Positions 92,440 to 107,006 of a stretch of 124,000 nucleotides of DNA are shown here, one piece after another (the first letter of the stretch is position 1; each line of letters opens with the position of its first letter). The position numbers were made by a program, and so were the translations under genes. The DNA is from Octopus vulgaris (Eukaryota), in assembly GCA_951406725.2 (NCBI GenBank), contig OX597821.1, positions 102,320,001-102,444,000 on the forward strand, given 5' to 3'. Under the pieces are notes generated by a model. That model saw only the letters and a list, made by a program, of their open reading frames with translations, made no database searches and was not told the origin of the DNA.

Positions 92440-95399
92440 TGCACACACACAACAGGCTTGTAAGCATTTTCTAATTACCAGTTTTATTCACAAGGTACCA
92501 GTCAGGCTAAGGCAATAGTAGAAGACATTTGCCCAATGTATTATGCAGTGTAACTGAACCTAGGACCATGGTGGTTGTGAAACAAATTTAACTACTAAGT
92601 CACATCTGCACCTGAAACTAAAGGATGTGCTCACAATGCCTTCATTTTCTAAGCAGATATCCACAGGCTCAATATTGTGTAACTCTGGGGATCAGAGGGG
92701 AACCACTGTTTTAAATGCAATAAAGCTATTTTGCGTGTGTGTGTGTGTGTGTGTATTGAGTTCAGTCCCATTGAATGGCATATTGAGCAAGTGTCTTCTA
92801 CTACAGCCTTGGGCTGACCAAAACTTTGTGAGTACATTTGATAGATGGAAACTGGTTGATATGAGTCTTCCATCACTGCATGATAACCTATGTTGGTGTA
92901 TTTATGTCCTGTAACTTAGCAGTTTGGTCAAAGGAACCAATAGAATGAGTACTGGAGTTGATTCATTTGACTAAAAATTCAAGGTGATACCCCAGCACAG
93001 CTGCTGTCTAATGATTAAAATAAATAAAAACATAAAAGATATGTACAAATCTGAACATATTGAGCATTGTTAATGTATAGAACATTATATAATGAAATCA
93101 AAAAAAAAATTTTTTAATAATAACATATATATTTATGTTATAAGAATTTAGATACTTCAAGAGATATGAAGTAAATTATTTTTAAAATAACGTATTTTCT
93201 TAGACACTCACAAGAAAATGAGTATTTAAAATACCATATAAAATAAATTAATGAGATTATCTCTGCTTCAAGAGATAGAATAATTACTTGTTTGCAACTA
93301 GGACCAAACCCAAATGAGAAGGAAAGAGAAACAAAAATTCTCCAAAACTGACATGCTATTAATAAAAAAACAAAAACAAAAGTCTGATATCCTGGAAACA
93401 AGAGGACAGTTGTGGCGATGCAATTTTGCCTAATTAGGTAAATCAGCATGGAACAGTTGCTCAATCTTATCTGCAGCAGATGGGGGATTCAGATATATAA
93501 AAAAAACAAAAGGCTCAGTAATTTGCATAAATGAAACAAAAGTGAGCTGAGAGAAATAATGCAAAGTGGTTAATGGGATGTGTTGGGGGTGACTAACTAA
93601 GACTGAAGAATATTCTATCAGGAAGTATCATAAAGCTGTTTTTTAAAATATTTAAATAACAAGAGTGTAATGAAGAGTGTAATGCAGTTTAAGTGGGTTT
93701 TATAAAAAAGAGGTATTTCAACAAATTCAAACAATAAACAAAAATTTTCAAAGCAAGTCCTAATTTAGTGATGCTACTGAAATCAGAAATAGGAGATTAT
93801 TTCAGAGTTAACCCTTTCAGTTCTAATCTCTAATTCTTTGAGATGGAACTGATCATTTTAAAGTATTCATCACCATCATAATTTAATGTCTGTTTTCCAT
93901 GCTGTAATGGGTTGGATGGTTTGATGGGAGTTGTGGCGAGCCAGAGGACTTGCACCAAACTCCAATGTGGGTTTGGCATGGTTTCTATGACTGGATATCT
94001 TTCCTAATGCCAACAACTTTACAGAATGTTGTATGAGGTACTTTTCATGTGGAAGTGGCTCAAGTGAGATCACCAAGTAGCTTGTGAGACCCCACTCAAC
94101 TGACAAACAGGGCAGTAGTATTGCGGGAGATGGCTTTGTGCCAGGGGATGAGAGGTTTATGAATGATAGAGCAGGGGCCGGTGAAATGGGGTAAAATACC
94201 GCAAGTGGGGTAAAAATGAAATTCTTGGGGATAATGACTCATTAAACATAAGTAAAATTATATAAAAAAACATGTTCCTTGTTATGACGGAAATTTTTCT
94301 TCTGGCATGAAGAGGCAGTCAAAGAGTTGCTGACTTTTGCAAACAAGGATTCTCTACTCTAATGAACATAAAAACAAAGCAGAGAAATCGATTGGACCCC
94401 AAAGACTGTATCCAAATTGCTCCAGCATCAAAATGCCCCAATTTTACATAATTGTAACAAAAATGAAACATCATTTCTCCAAAACCTGAAGTGAAAATGT
94501 TTCTAGAAAAATCCTTTTGTTTCGTAATGAGGATATCAATTTATTTTATTGCATTTGTTTTATACTTTTTATATTTATAATTGTATTCTCCATATAAATA
94601 GATTCAATAAACATTTTGAATTCAAAGAATCTATGACATTTTCCCTTTCAAATCAAGGGGGTAATGTTGGGGTATTTGGTTAAAAAAACGTTCCCTGACA
94701 GGTGTCTTGCTGGAGAGGAGATACATGGCTATCCCAGTTGGAAAAAAAAGAGAGAGAGAGAGATGGCAGTGAAGATGTGTCATTGTGTACCCTCAAGTAA
94801 CAGGGAAGTGAATATAAGTGGTACTGAACAGGGTGAGCGGGTAAGTTTACGAAAATATGAAAGGAGAGTGGCAGCTGGATAGAGATTAAACAAGTGAAGG
94901 AATGCAATGGGTGGGCATTAAGGAGTTGTAAGCAGGATGGATGTTAGAAAGATGAATTATTGGGAAGAGATTCATTAGGGACAGAATTTGTGCAGGGGCA
95001 CATACATAAAACAAATATGTTATATACAACACAATGTGTATTAGAAAATGTAATTAGTTTGGAATTTTGTGTAGTTAAGAAGTTCACTTTTCAACGATAT
95101 AATTTTGGGATATGTGCCAACCAAACCACACAACATTTTGCACAAGTGTCTTCTAATTACAGCACTGCACTGATCAAAGCCTTGAGAGTGGATATGATAG
95201 AAACTGACAGAAGCTGGTCATATATACATATGTGTGTGTGTGTGTATATATATATATAGATATGCATCCATATATATGCTTGTGTATATGTGTATTCCAC
95301 ATTTCATATCGTAAAAACCTTGATAGTCCAACCTATGCCATCAGGGAAAACAGACATTAAAGGATGCTGCTGCTGATGTATATATATTTATATAACAGA

Positions 95400-95775
95400 A
95401 CATGAGAACCAATGAGAACATCAGACGGTACCATTAATTTCCAACAAAAAAGTGCATGTGTGCACGTATTATGTTGCAGCCTCCCACCTCATACGATCTG
95501 CTGCATGTACTGGTACGGATATGTCCCCTACCTCCAGCCAGATCATCCTACCAGGGCCTCACTTTCATTCAACAGAATGGGTGTGGGCTGGAAGGGGCTC
95601 CTGTGGCAGGCCCCACACTAGATGGCTGGATGTGATTAAGGAAGATCTCCAGAGGCTTGATGTTGTCTTGGAGGATGCAGAGGGGCTGGTACAGGGCCAC
95701 CAGCAATGGGAAGCACTGGTGGACTTGGTTGGATCTTCATACAATGATGCCTCTGGGATCACTAATCTGGGATGA
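95400..95775 (+). mobile_element. RTE LINE 3' fragment
   Basis: WYGYV..LQPDHPTRA..GRPHTRWLDVIKEDLQRL..WEALV. Confidence 0.85.
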
Positions 95776-98159
95776 CTGACCCCCAGCTCCAAGATCAAGA
95801 GCATGAAGCAAGCAAGTATATATATATATAACTGGTTTACTCAATCAATCCACTGACTGGTTGAGAAAAACTGAATGACCCTAAAGAACTAACGCTATCC
95901 TCGTCAGAGTCAAAGTATACTGGATGGCTTAGCTTAGCCAATCTATTTTCCTGTCTATATGTAAGCTTTTATTCTTTTACTTCTTTCATTCATTTGACTG
96001 TGGCCATGCTGAAGCACCACCTTGAAGGATTTTAGTCAAACAAATCAACCCCAGGACTTATTTTTTTAAAGCCTAGCACTTATTCTATTATTCTCTTTTG
96101 TTGAACCACTAAGTTACAGGGACATAAACATACCAACAACAGGTGTCAAGAGGTGATGAGGGGACAAATACAGACACAAAGACACACACACATATATACA
96201 TGACGGGCTTCTTTCAGTTTCCATCTACTAAATCCACTCACAAGGCTTTGGTATATGTGTGTATGTGTATATATATTGACGTATATTAAGGTTCTGGAAG
96301 GGTAGAATGAAGGGGTATTTCCAATGCAACACTCAACCAAAGCTTGAGTCTATCTTCACTCTTGAACTGTAGACTCAAGTAAGATCGAATGGTGTTTAAA
96401 AAGTGAGTGGTACAGAAACAACTGTAACTGGTCATTAAAAATGGGTTAAACTCTTTGACTTATTTGGATTATGCACACATATATTGAATCAAATTTGATG
96501 ACTGGCATCCGTGCTAGTGGAGCGCTAAGAGCTCCATCCAAGCGTGATCGTTGCCAGAGCAGCTAACTGGCTTCTGTGACAGTGGCACGTAAAAAGCACC
96601 ATTTGAGCATGATGTTACCAGCGTCGCCTTACTGGCACTTGTGCTGGTGGCACGTGAAAAAAAAACATTAAAGTGAGGTCGTTGCCAGTGCTGCTGGACT
96701 GGCTCCTGTGGAGGTGGCATGTAAAAAATACCATTTGAGTGTGGCTGTTGCCAGTACCGCTTGACTGGCCCTCATGCCGGTGCAACATAAAAGCACCCGC
96801 TACACTCAGAGTGGTTGGCGTTAGGAAGGGCATCCAACTGTAGAAACTATGCCAGATCAGAGATCAGATTGGAGCCTGGTGCAGTCATCTGGTTCGCCAG
96901 TCCACAGTCAAATCATCCAACCCATGCTAGCATGGAAAGTGGACGTTAAATGATGATGATGATATCGGTGTGTGTGTGTGTTTTTCTGTCTCTATAACCA
97001 TCACGAAATAGTTGTAAGCTAATAAGGCAGTGAGCTGGCAGAAACGTTAGCATGCTGGGCAAAATGCTTAGCAGTATTTCGTCTATCTTTACATTCTGAG
97101 TTCAAATTCTACTGAGGGCGACTTGCCTTTCATCCTGTCGGGGTCAATAAACTAAGTACCAGTTATATACTGGGGTCGATCTAATCAACTGGCCCCACTC
97201 CCCAAAACTTTCGGGCCTTGTGCCTAGAGTAGAAAAGAATAGTTGCAAACTAGCATTAACATTGTAAAAACAATGTCTTTTGTTTCCAATCTTCTGTGAA
97301 AATATTTCTTTGCTTAGAAGTAGGTGAGAGTTGATGACAAAAAGCATCCAGCCATAGAAAATATCAACAAATTCCATCTGACTCAGGGAAACATGGAAAA
97401 GTGGACATAAAAATAATGATAATGAAATACAGCACGTTTGTTTTCTTCTTCACACATTTTCATCTACATAGATAATAACAGCATGCATTTGTATCAGTTG
97501 TAAGTTTTACAGAGAAGGCTTTAAAAAATCTGTATTTCAACTGGAATAAATTTATCTTAGATTATCTATTTTCCACTTACGTAAGTAAATATCTTGCTGA
97601 GAGATGTAACACTATCCCAACAAATTACAGAACTTGTACTTATGAATGATATTTAAGCAAATCTCTACATCTTTAATCATTATGCATCTTGAGTGGTAGA
97701 TTTAAGTCATGTGTTATCAGCTATATGCTTTATAGAAAAGAAAGCCAAAATAAACAAAATTCATCACCAGATAAAACAAAGAAGTCTTTTACTAGATATA
97801 TGCTCTATAATATATAAAGCAGAATATGAAAGATAGTGTGTTGTTGCATGAAGGCTCATGTACTACTTAAGTATTAATTGCTTGACAAGCTGGTTCACTA
97901 CAGAAAACTTTTTGGGATTTTAGTGAAAGACAGATGAACCTAGCGTAGGTTCAATGACTATCTAACAACAACATGAGCCCTCAGAAATTCTGGGTTGGTG
98001 TCTGGTGTGCTGGAAGGCCACTATGAGTGAGGCATCCCTTAGTTTTAATTGAAGGAGGTCTCTAGAACCCGCTTCAAATCTGGGTTACATCTGCTCTGAT
98101 AATTGTTGGTAACTTGGTCTCTGCAATGGCCAACACTCGACAGCAAGATCACACTATTC

Positions 98160-98660
98160 CAAAGTGTGTGTGCATGTGATTAGGGACCACATGTGAACTT
98201 GTTGCTTGCGAAGACCTGTTGGGGCAAGTGAAATCGGAATCGAAATTGAACCAATCCAATGACTGGCACCCGGCAGTTGCCAGGACTGCTGGATTGACTC
98301 CTGTGCAGGTGGCAAGTGAAGAAACACCATTTCGACCCTGTGCTTGAGGAGATCCATTGAGTCAAGTACACCAACATCAAAATCAATGGAAACTGCAGTT
98401 GAGATCCCTGTGCCGGTGGCACGTAAAATGCACTAATCCGATCGTGGCCGTTGCCAGCCTCGTCTAGCACCTGTGCCGGTGGCACGTAAAAGCAACCCAC
98501 TACACTCACGGAGTGGTTGGTGTTAGGAAGGGCATCCAGCTGTAGAAACACTGCCAGATCAGACTGGAGCCTGGTGCAGCCTTCTGGCTTCCCAGATCCC
98601 CGGTCGAACCGTCCAACCCATGCTAGCATGGAGAACGGACGTTAAACGATGATGATGATG
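98160..98660 (+). mobile_element. SINE family C (RTE-type tail, (GAT)n end) with internal tandem units
   Basis: ggtggcacgtaaaagc..ccactacactc.cggagtggttgg.gttaggaagggcatccagctgtagaaac...acccatgctagcatgga...ttaaacgatgatgat. Copies at about 15048-15205, 77690-78160, 79425-79610, 79925-80076, 96480-96963, 106830-107225 and 111000-111230. Confidence 0.85.
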
Positions 98661-100927
98661 ACTGAAACTATGAAGATGAACTACTTGATGGTTGGAGCCA
98701 GCTCAACCTATTCTAGGCAAATGCCACTGCAAGTACAAGTAAGTATATGAGAATCTGTTAGGAAACATTTCACTACTTACCATGTGAGGATTCTTTCAAG
98801 AAGTAACAAGTTAGAGATTCATTGTCGGTTGAAAGTTGTTCTCAAAAGAAAGTTTTCTGGGATTTTCTGCTTCTTATATACCAAAAATGTTAACAAAAGA
98901 ATAATTTTTTTTCTCTTTAATCAGAATTGTAGCAGAAAGAGGGAGAGAAATGAAATAAAATCCAATGTCCAAAATATGTATTGTTAGGCCACAAAGTAGT
99001 GTTAAATGTTATTTATTTATGCATTTTCTAAGTATTTTGTTCAAAGTCATGTTTTATTCATGAATCTGACAGTAACTTCAACAATGTTATGGTACATTGG
99101 CAGCCGTTTATGAATTCAGACGTGGAGAAAGGCGACTAATCCAGGAATGAATAGGTTAGTTTATTATTATTATTATTATTTCAATTATATAGTTTTTGTA
99201 TTTATTTTACATTAAATTCATCACTTGTTTTACAATGGAAGTGATTTATAATCAGGTTTTAAAGTAAAGGTTATCTCATTATTAAAAAAATAAAGTAAGA
99301 AAAATAAAATTCCAATACAGCTGTACTATTTACCAATCTGTTCAATTGTCTTCATATACACATAGGCACACGTGTGCGTGTATATATATATAGATATGTA
99401 TGTGTTGCTTACACTGTCTCTCTCCTTTGGTTATCTCTGCAATATATATACATACCTCACAAAAGTTAACTGCAGTTTAGAGTTAAAAAGAAACGTGAAA
99501 TGTCTATTGCTTCAATATGTTAACTATTATTGGGTCTGTTTATGATACCCTGCACAAATAATAATTTTTTAAAAAATGCCCTATTTTCTTTGGATTAAAA
99601 ATCAATAAAAGGCTAGTTTCATATTTTATTCAGGAGATAAATATTAATCCTGTTTAAAGGGTGCATATGTTTGAATTTAAAGCAAGAAAATGAGAATCAC
99701 TTCTTGATTAGGCAAGGAAAATCTTGCTCAAGCAAAGCAAGGCTCTATTTTTATAGGCTTGGCTTCAAATGATGATGATAGTAATTTATAAAGAAATACA
99801 ACTTTTTCTATAGAGAAGGGATTAATTACATATTAATCTCCCGTTTTATGGATTAAGATAAACTCTCAAACTCATAACTTGTTTTAATTTCTTATTATTT
99901 TAAAACCAGAATATGCCAGCGTACTCTTCTTAATTAATATAAGAAACTGATTATAAGCGTTTTTATTTTTTATTTTTGCCGTTAACTACTCCAAATGTGC
100001 TTGAGAAACCAAAGAACCGCAGCTTCTTATTCGTTCTCTAAATTAACATCTGGGCCACAAAAATTTAATGTTATCGTCTTTGACACATATACAAATAAGC
100101 ATTCGTGTTTCTCTAAAGAGGAGCGGAGTGGGAGAGAAGTAGAGGGGGAAAACTGGAATTAGCATTAAAATTTGCCGATTCCTTATGGCACGTTCATTAC
100201 TCCTTAAAACCACCTCCAAATTTAATAAGCTTAAATTATAATTTATTAAAAAAAGTTAACTCTATTATGGAAATATTGTCCACTGGTAGGATTTTAAAGC
100301 CGTTTTATTAATTTATTGATATCGTTTTAATAGTCTTCTTACTATAAGAAAAAACCGTAAGAAAATCTTTAAGGTTGTTTATTTTTATGTGGCTATCGAT
100401 ATATTTAGGTTCTTATATAAATATATTCGGAAATGTTAAGAATCAAAATATACAAAATGATATATAAAATAAATATCTATCGAAGAGTTTCGGCAAACAT
100501 TTGTATCTATCATTAAATTTAAAACCACTGCCTTTCTAGACAGATACTTCAACAATTGAATTTACGAGCATGATAAATGCATTAATAACACGCTTGGCTG
100601 GGTTACAAAAGACTTCTTATACTGTATTGGATGGGTAAAAAAAAGTCAATGTTTTGGGGCAAACTAAAACTAAACAAGTGCAAAACTGTTTTAAATTAAA
100701 TATTAAAAAAAAAAAATAACCAAAAAATCCCCCCAAAATTATTTAAAAACAAAAATAAAATAGAAATAAAATGAAATAGCTACATTTTCGCTTCTATTTA
100801 ATATGTTAAAGTAAAATAAATAATTAAATAATAAATAAATAAATATAGTTCATGAATAAGTTAGAGTGACAATAAAAAGACTTATATTCATTCTTGGTAA
100901 CATGCTGCATGCGAAAATAAAGTGTTA

Positions 100928-100938
100928 GCCGCCATTTT
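100928..100938. promoter_or_regulatory. YY1-type promoter motif
   Basis: GCCGCCATTTT matches the YY1 consensus within the 99-104.7 kb CpG-retaining promoter-like zone. Confidence 0.35.
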
Positions 100939-101516
100939 TTTCTCACGCTGTTACTACATTCACTGCGGATATGAAATCAGCAGAATAAGAAGGTAGAGTT
101001 GGCGCAGGGGTGGGGGGATGGGTGGGGAGACTAGAAATATTTTAAGATAGATCTGATGATTAAAAAAATTCCAGAAAAAATATAAACGATAATTGTTAAA
101101 AATATTATTTTAACGAATAAAGAAAATTCTCAAATAGGTTTATTAATTAAAATTATTAATTAAAAGAATTCCCAATAATAAAAACTCCAGAAAAATATAA
101201 TCGATGATTGTTAAAAAATATTATTTCAGCAAATAAAGAAAATTATTCTATTTATAATTCTAAGTTTGATGAGTGTTAATAAACGAAACTATTGACTCTT
101301 GAGTCACTCTGTAACTTCTGCCGATTAATAATAATAATAATAATAATAACAATAATAATCATAATAATGATAATAATATTTATTCATGTTTTGAGTTCTA
101401 TTTTTTTCTTTTTGTATCACCAAACTTAATTGTAAGATTATTATATTAACTATTAAATATTAACTATTACTTTTCGGCTCGTGACCTTTCCTTCAGCCCG
101501 TGCCTGTTATCACCTT

Positions 101517-101524
101517 TGACGTCA
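101517..101524. promoter_or_regulatory. Full palindromic CRE/ATF site
   Basis: TGACGTCA upstream of the candidate first exon in a CpG-retaining region. Confidence 0.4.
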
Positions 101525-101601
101525 GTTATGGTGTTAGACTCCAGATACATTTCTTTTTCTTCACCACGGATATGTTGTCAATCGCTCGTATAAGCTGATA
101601 A

Positions 101602-101685
101602 ATGGTTATGACTAGCAAAAAAAAGAAACGAGCTCCCAGCAATGCGAACTGGAGTCGGAAAAACGCTGTTAAAGATAACGATAAG
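101602..101685 (+). CDS. Candidate first coding exon of an unidentified gene (MVMTSKKKKRAPSNANWSRKNAVKDNDK)
   Basis: ATG in a CpG-retaining region, a basic NLS-like KKKKR, and a phase-0 donor AAG|gtaaat. A CRE site lies about 80 bp upstream, and CpG-depleted sequence typical of a gene body follows from about 104.8 kb. Confidence 0.45.
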
Positions 101686-102200
101686 GTAAATATTACTGTA
101701 TGTTACCATGCAATATGTGTTTCGTCCGTCTCACAGACAGATAAGAGATCGACATGTATATATAATGTATATAAACACATACACTACTCTACACACACAC
101801 ATACATATCTGTAGGTAACTATACACATATTTGATGTCTTAAATCTATCTGTCTATCATATAATTTATATAGTGTATATCTATTGCTGTTGATGTTTACG
101901 ATCTGAGGTTTTAATTAATTATATATGGTCATTTTGTATTGCATTTTCATTATTTCATAAATATTTTCTATGGATTTTTTTGCCTTCAATCGATTCTTCC
102001 TATTTCTGTTGATTCAGTTGTAATCGAACATCGGGTTACATCAGCTCTTTGATTTGAATTCTTTGCGACTTAAACTTATCAATTAATCAACCAGTTGACA
102101 TTTTTTTCATTTATTAAGTAAAGAATTTCTTTGTTTACGATTTCCTCATTCATGCCTCCTTTTTTTTTCGAATAGATTCGCATTTTCACAAAGAAATAAC

Positions 102201-102238
<38 letters not shown>

Positions 102239-105024
102239 TCACACACATACTATGACTTCCAAGTTTCATCTCTTGAAGCTTATTCAGTATTTAAGCATTG
102301 TTTTCATTAAATCTCGAGATAGGTTATTTTAAAGGATAATATCTTGGAATCTTGTTGAGATTTTCCCCAAAATAGCAGAACCCATTTGGGAAACATTCGT
102401 CACTTAAATTGCAATAAACCTTTATAAATGAAATAAAAATTATTTAACGCAGGGTGGGGGATTTATTCGTGTAAAAATAGGCCGTATAACTTGTCATTTT
102501 GAAAATTGTAAAAAACACTTTTTGTAAAATAAATTTTTTATTGAATGTTCTCAAAGGCCGGAACCCTAGAATTCTTTTACGGATGATTGGGTTTCTGCGG
102601 AACTTAATTCAAGGAATCATTGCTCTTGAGGCTCTTATAAATATGTAACTTAGAAAATAAAGCATCCTATTTCATTTCTCCGATTTTAATTTAATGGTAA
102701 TATATATTTTTTTGTCATTTGAAACAACATCCCCCCCAAAATATATAATAAAAACAATCATTAGAAAAAACCATCCTGTTGATAGATTTACTATGTAAGA
102801 ATATTGCTTTTTCCAAGAATAAAACGCTTTGGAGTTTGATATTATGTACAATAAAATAATTAGATATTTTAAAATATTACTTTTTTTCCTTTTTGGGGAC
102901 TGGGACGGGAGAGAAAGATCGGAATATTTCCTTTTCTTTCTGTTCGGGTAAAATGAATTTTGAATGACTATTGTGTCATTAACTATTAATAAAACCCGAG
103001 ACTGGGTTTATGGGGCAATACTGAGTTATCGTTCCTGGTGTTGGCTTTCTTACACATACATGCATACGTTCACCCACCTACATAAATAATCCGCACACAC
103101 ACACATATATAAATCGGCAGTAGATTGTAACTCAAGGGCCGAGAGTTTCGTGTTTGACACATATCTACCCCCCACCTCTCTCTCTTTCTCTTATATATAC
103201 ACACATTTAGTGTTAACTGTCGGGAAAAAAAGAGGACCCACTACCTATACCATAATAGAAATTAATAATGTATGTCTTCAGGCAAGTTATATCGTCGTCT
103301 AAGAATATGCACTCGTATATTTGTCGGCAGAGTGAGTATACTAATCAAAGTATACAGGTTATAGATCCATTTCAGCCTATCTTACCAATCAAGTTTCGCA
103401 TTGGGATTTAGAGAACCGGAGATACTTGTTGTGGAAGGTGGTAGCCGTCAATTATAATTATGAATAATGTTATTAAACTCCTAAACTGATCACAATTAGC
103501 GACTTCCATAGTATGTATAAAGGCACACACACACACACACACACACATAAGGGCATTTACCCAAACGTTTTTTTTTTTAAGTACCCGTTTGATAACACTG
103601 TTTCTCACGCGATTATATCACACACGCACATAGATATGTACTCATATGTAGATATGTACACACACACATACACAAAGGCATTCACTCGTACATTTTTTAA
103701 TTCTATTTTAAAGATACACGTTTTATATCGACATATTTTTCTCATGCGACTATAAAACGCACACACACACACACACACATGTATGGATCGCCTGTATTTA
103801 TTATTTTGTTTCTTTAATACAAGAGGAAAATAAAATTAAGTAAAAGCTGATTGTTGAAAGCTGTCCAAACTATTCTCAAATGAGTCTTAGGAGAGTTGGG
103901 GGTAAAAAAAAAAAATAAAACGTCAAGCAATAACACAACCACCGCTTTTAGATTTTTCTTTTGCATCACATAACTCTTTCCACAACCATCTTGACATCAT
104001 ATCATCTTTGTAGCTTCCTGTTTTTCTTTTGCCCCCTTTTCCCCTTCAACTCTTTCCCCCCGCCGCCATCACCCCATCGGACCCCCACCTCCCTAAAATT
104101 TCCCATCCTATTACACATGCTCGAGTGTGTGAGTGCTTGGTGATGTTTGTAAAATATGGGAGCCGTGTCGTAAACATTAAATTTCACTGAATATGTTTTT
104201 AATATTGCTAATTGCTATGGTGCCTCTCCTCTCCGTGTTTCCTTCAGGCCGTTCCTTCACTAGGATATCTAACACACACACACACTAGTTGATGTACTTG
104301 GCGGCGGAGCGATGACAACCATTAAGTGTTTGTCTTTTCAGTCACGTCTATTTTTGGATTATTATTCTTATTATTATTGCTCTGTTATAGTCATCCAAAT
104401 CAGCTCATGAAAATTTACTTCCTTCTTGACTCAAACGTTCCACTTTCGTGTTTATTCCTTCCTCCCCTTCCCCGTCCTCTATTTTTCTAAGGTTTTTAAT
104501 CTCAAATTTTCCTGTTCATTTGTATGTGTGCATACACACACACACACATATTTATATACATACATACATACACACATACATGTATATATATATACATACA
104601 TACACGTATACATACACATATATATACACGCATACATATATATATATATATAATTTCGTACTTATATACATCTGTATATACATACAGTGTGTCTGTGGTC
104701 CATATCACATAATTTGCTTAATCATTTCGTCATCTGGAGGATAGCACATAACAAGAAACTCTAAGTAATAACGCCATGATTACCTTCAAATGAATAAACT
104801 CTATTTCTTGTATTGAGTTCTTTTTCTCTTGCTTCTACTTCCAAACACGTACTTTATATATGTGTGTATGCATATATGTATGTATATATATATATATAAT
104901 ATACACTTTTTATTAAAGCTGTGAAATTTTCACAAAACTGTTACTCAGTTTCACATTCCTGTTCGTTGGACAGCTGTGATTGAGTACTATGTTTCCCACC
105001 TTGTTTTGCACTTATGTGCTTCTC

Positions 105025-105065
<41 letters not shown>

Positions 105066-105965
105066 TTTGTGTGTTCATGGGATGCTTTATCATTTTAAAG
105101 TGTTTATTATTTTGTCTTTTGTGGTTTCTTGCTGTGAATCATCTGGTATTTAATTATAGGTGTACCAGTAAGATACCCAAGGTCCATTCTGTTATAATTT
105201 CTTAATCTACTCTTCCACACCCTTAAAAATGAGGCATGTGTATCTAAGGCAGTATAGTTGTTTTTCTCGATCTGCTCCTATGGCTATATAATGGGTTGCA
105301 TGATTGCATATACATAAAGTCTACTGTTGCACACACAAAACTGTTTTTGTCTTTTCTTTCTTTTTGTCATTGCTAGTTGGCAAAGTCTGCTCAGCTGAAA
105401 GTGGTTAGCACTTTGCCATGGTATATCAAATGGTTCATGTTAAAAAGGAGAACCAGTTGCTGTGCATTTGTGTGTTCTCGTGATAAACACATACATGCAC
105501 ACACCTCATTAGAGAGAGAGAGAGAGATTATGGACTGGCTTATTTAGTGTGGTCTCCCATATCCAAACTTGTTAATGTTCTGAGAAACATTGTTTGAATG
105601 CAAAACGGGATGGTCATAGTTGTAACTCTTTGGATCATATATCTACTTGGCTAGAGTTGAGTTGTGGTTAAACAACAAATAGATACTAGAATTCTGATTG
105701 ACAATTGATATACTAAGCTGCAGAAAGAAGACTTGAAAAATCAATTATGAAAAGCAGGCAAACAAGTGCTGTGACTGGGGTAACTGGAAAATAAGCAGTG
105801 TATCAACCTGATAATTTTAATGTGTATTTAGTTTGTTGTTGTTTAGCTTCAGATCAGTCTGGGTCGAACCAAAATTTATCATGGACTACATTTATGGTGG
105901 ATTGGCAGAATCATTAGAATGTTATTGTGGTATTTAGTTTTAGGCCCTTTACATTCTGGGATTAA

Positions 105966-106445
105966 CCCTTTTGTGTTCAGACTACTCTGTTAAATGTAAT
106001 ATTTTTTCACTCAAATTGTTTTGAATTAATCAAGCATTATCTTATAGCTTTGGGGTTTCAATGATGTGATTGTTTATTTTCAGAATGACATTGTAGGTTA
106101 GGAGTGAGAGGTTAGATATCGCCAGTTTGAATATAAAACATGTAGAATATCTGGGCCAGATATGGCCGGTTTAAACACTAAAGGGTTAAAGAGATCTGTT
106201 GAGTCAAAGTACCAGTCAGGTAATGGGGCTGGTACTTTAAACTGGCCATATCAGGCCCAAATATTCTGCTTGTTTTATGTTCAAACCATCCAGATCCAGC
106301 CCCTCACACCTACCTTACAATGTCCTTCTAAAAACAAACAATCATATCATTGAGATCTGAAAGCTATGAGACAATGCATGATTAATTCATAACAATGTGA
106401 ATTAAAAAGCAGTACAATTGGCAGAATAATCTGAATGCTAAAGGG
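105966..106445. mobile_element. Two approximately 220-bp piggyBac-type MITEs in inverted orientation
   Basis: TTAA CCCTT...AAGGG TTAA ends. The reverse complement of 105966-106185 aligns with 106236-106445. Family also at about 16340-16765, 49335-49918 and 90270-90425. Confidence 0.75.
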
Positions 106446-107006
106446 TTAACCAACTGATGCTGGTGTCTCTTAGACTTCTTTAAGCATATGGCTATGAACA
106501 GCCTCAGGAAATATGGTTCTGAAAGACAGATCTGATATAAATGTAGTTTATGTACAAGAGAAATCTATTTTCTGAAAGTAGGGTGATTTGAAGGACATTT
106601 GACTATTTCTAGAAGGTCTACTGACTGCATAAACTTGCTCATTGTTGTAGTAGGGCAGGTGTGAGTGACCAGATCTGGCCAGTCTTATTATATAAAACAG
106701 GTAGAATATTTGAGCCAGATATGGTCAGTTTAAATGTTAAAGGGTTAAAAGCTTGAAAAGATGAACAGCAAAATTGATTATGGTGGGATTTGAATTCAGA
106801 ACATAAGTTCTTTGAGGTGTTTTATCACATCATCATCATCATTATCATTTAACATCCGTTTTTCCATGCTGGCATGGGTTGGACGGTTTGACTGAGAACT
106901 GGCAAGCCAGTACGCTGCACCAGGCTCCAAACTGATCTGGCAAAGATTTTGCAGCTTGATGCTCTTCCTAACGCCAACCACTTGGAGAGCGTAGTGGGTG
107001 CTTTTT

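Noticed and set aside
96560-96800. Repeat-spacer pattern resembling a CRISPR array
   Set aside because: The spacers are homologous to each other, the array is internal to a eukaryotic SINE, and no cas genes are present; it is a minisatellite.
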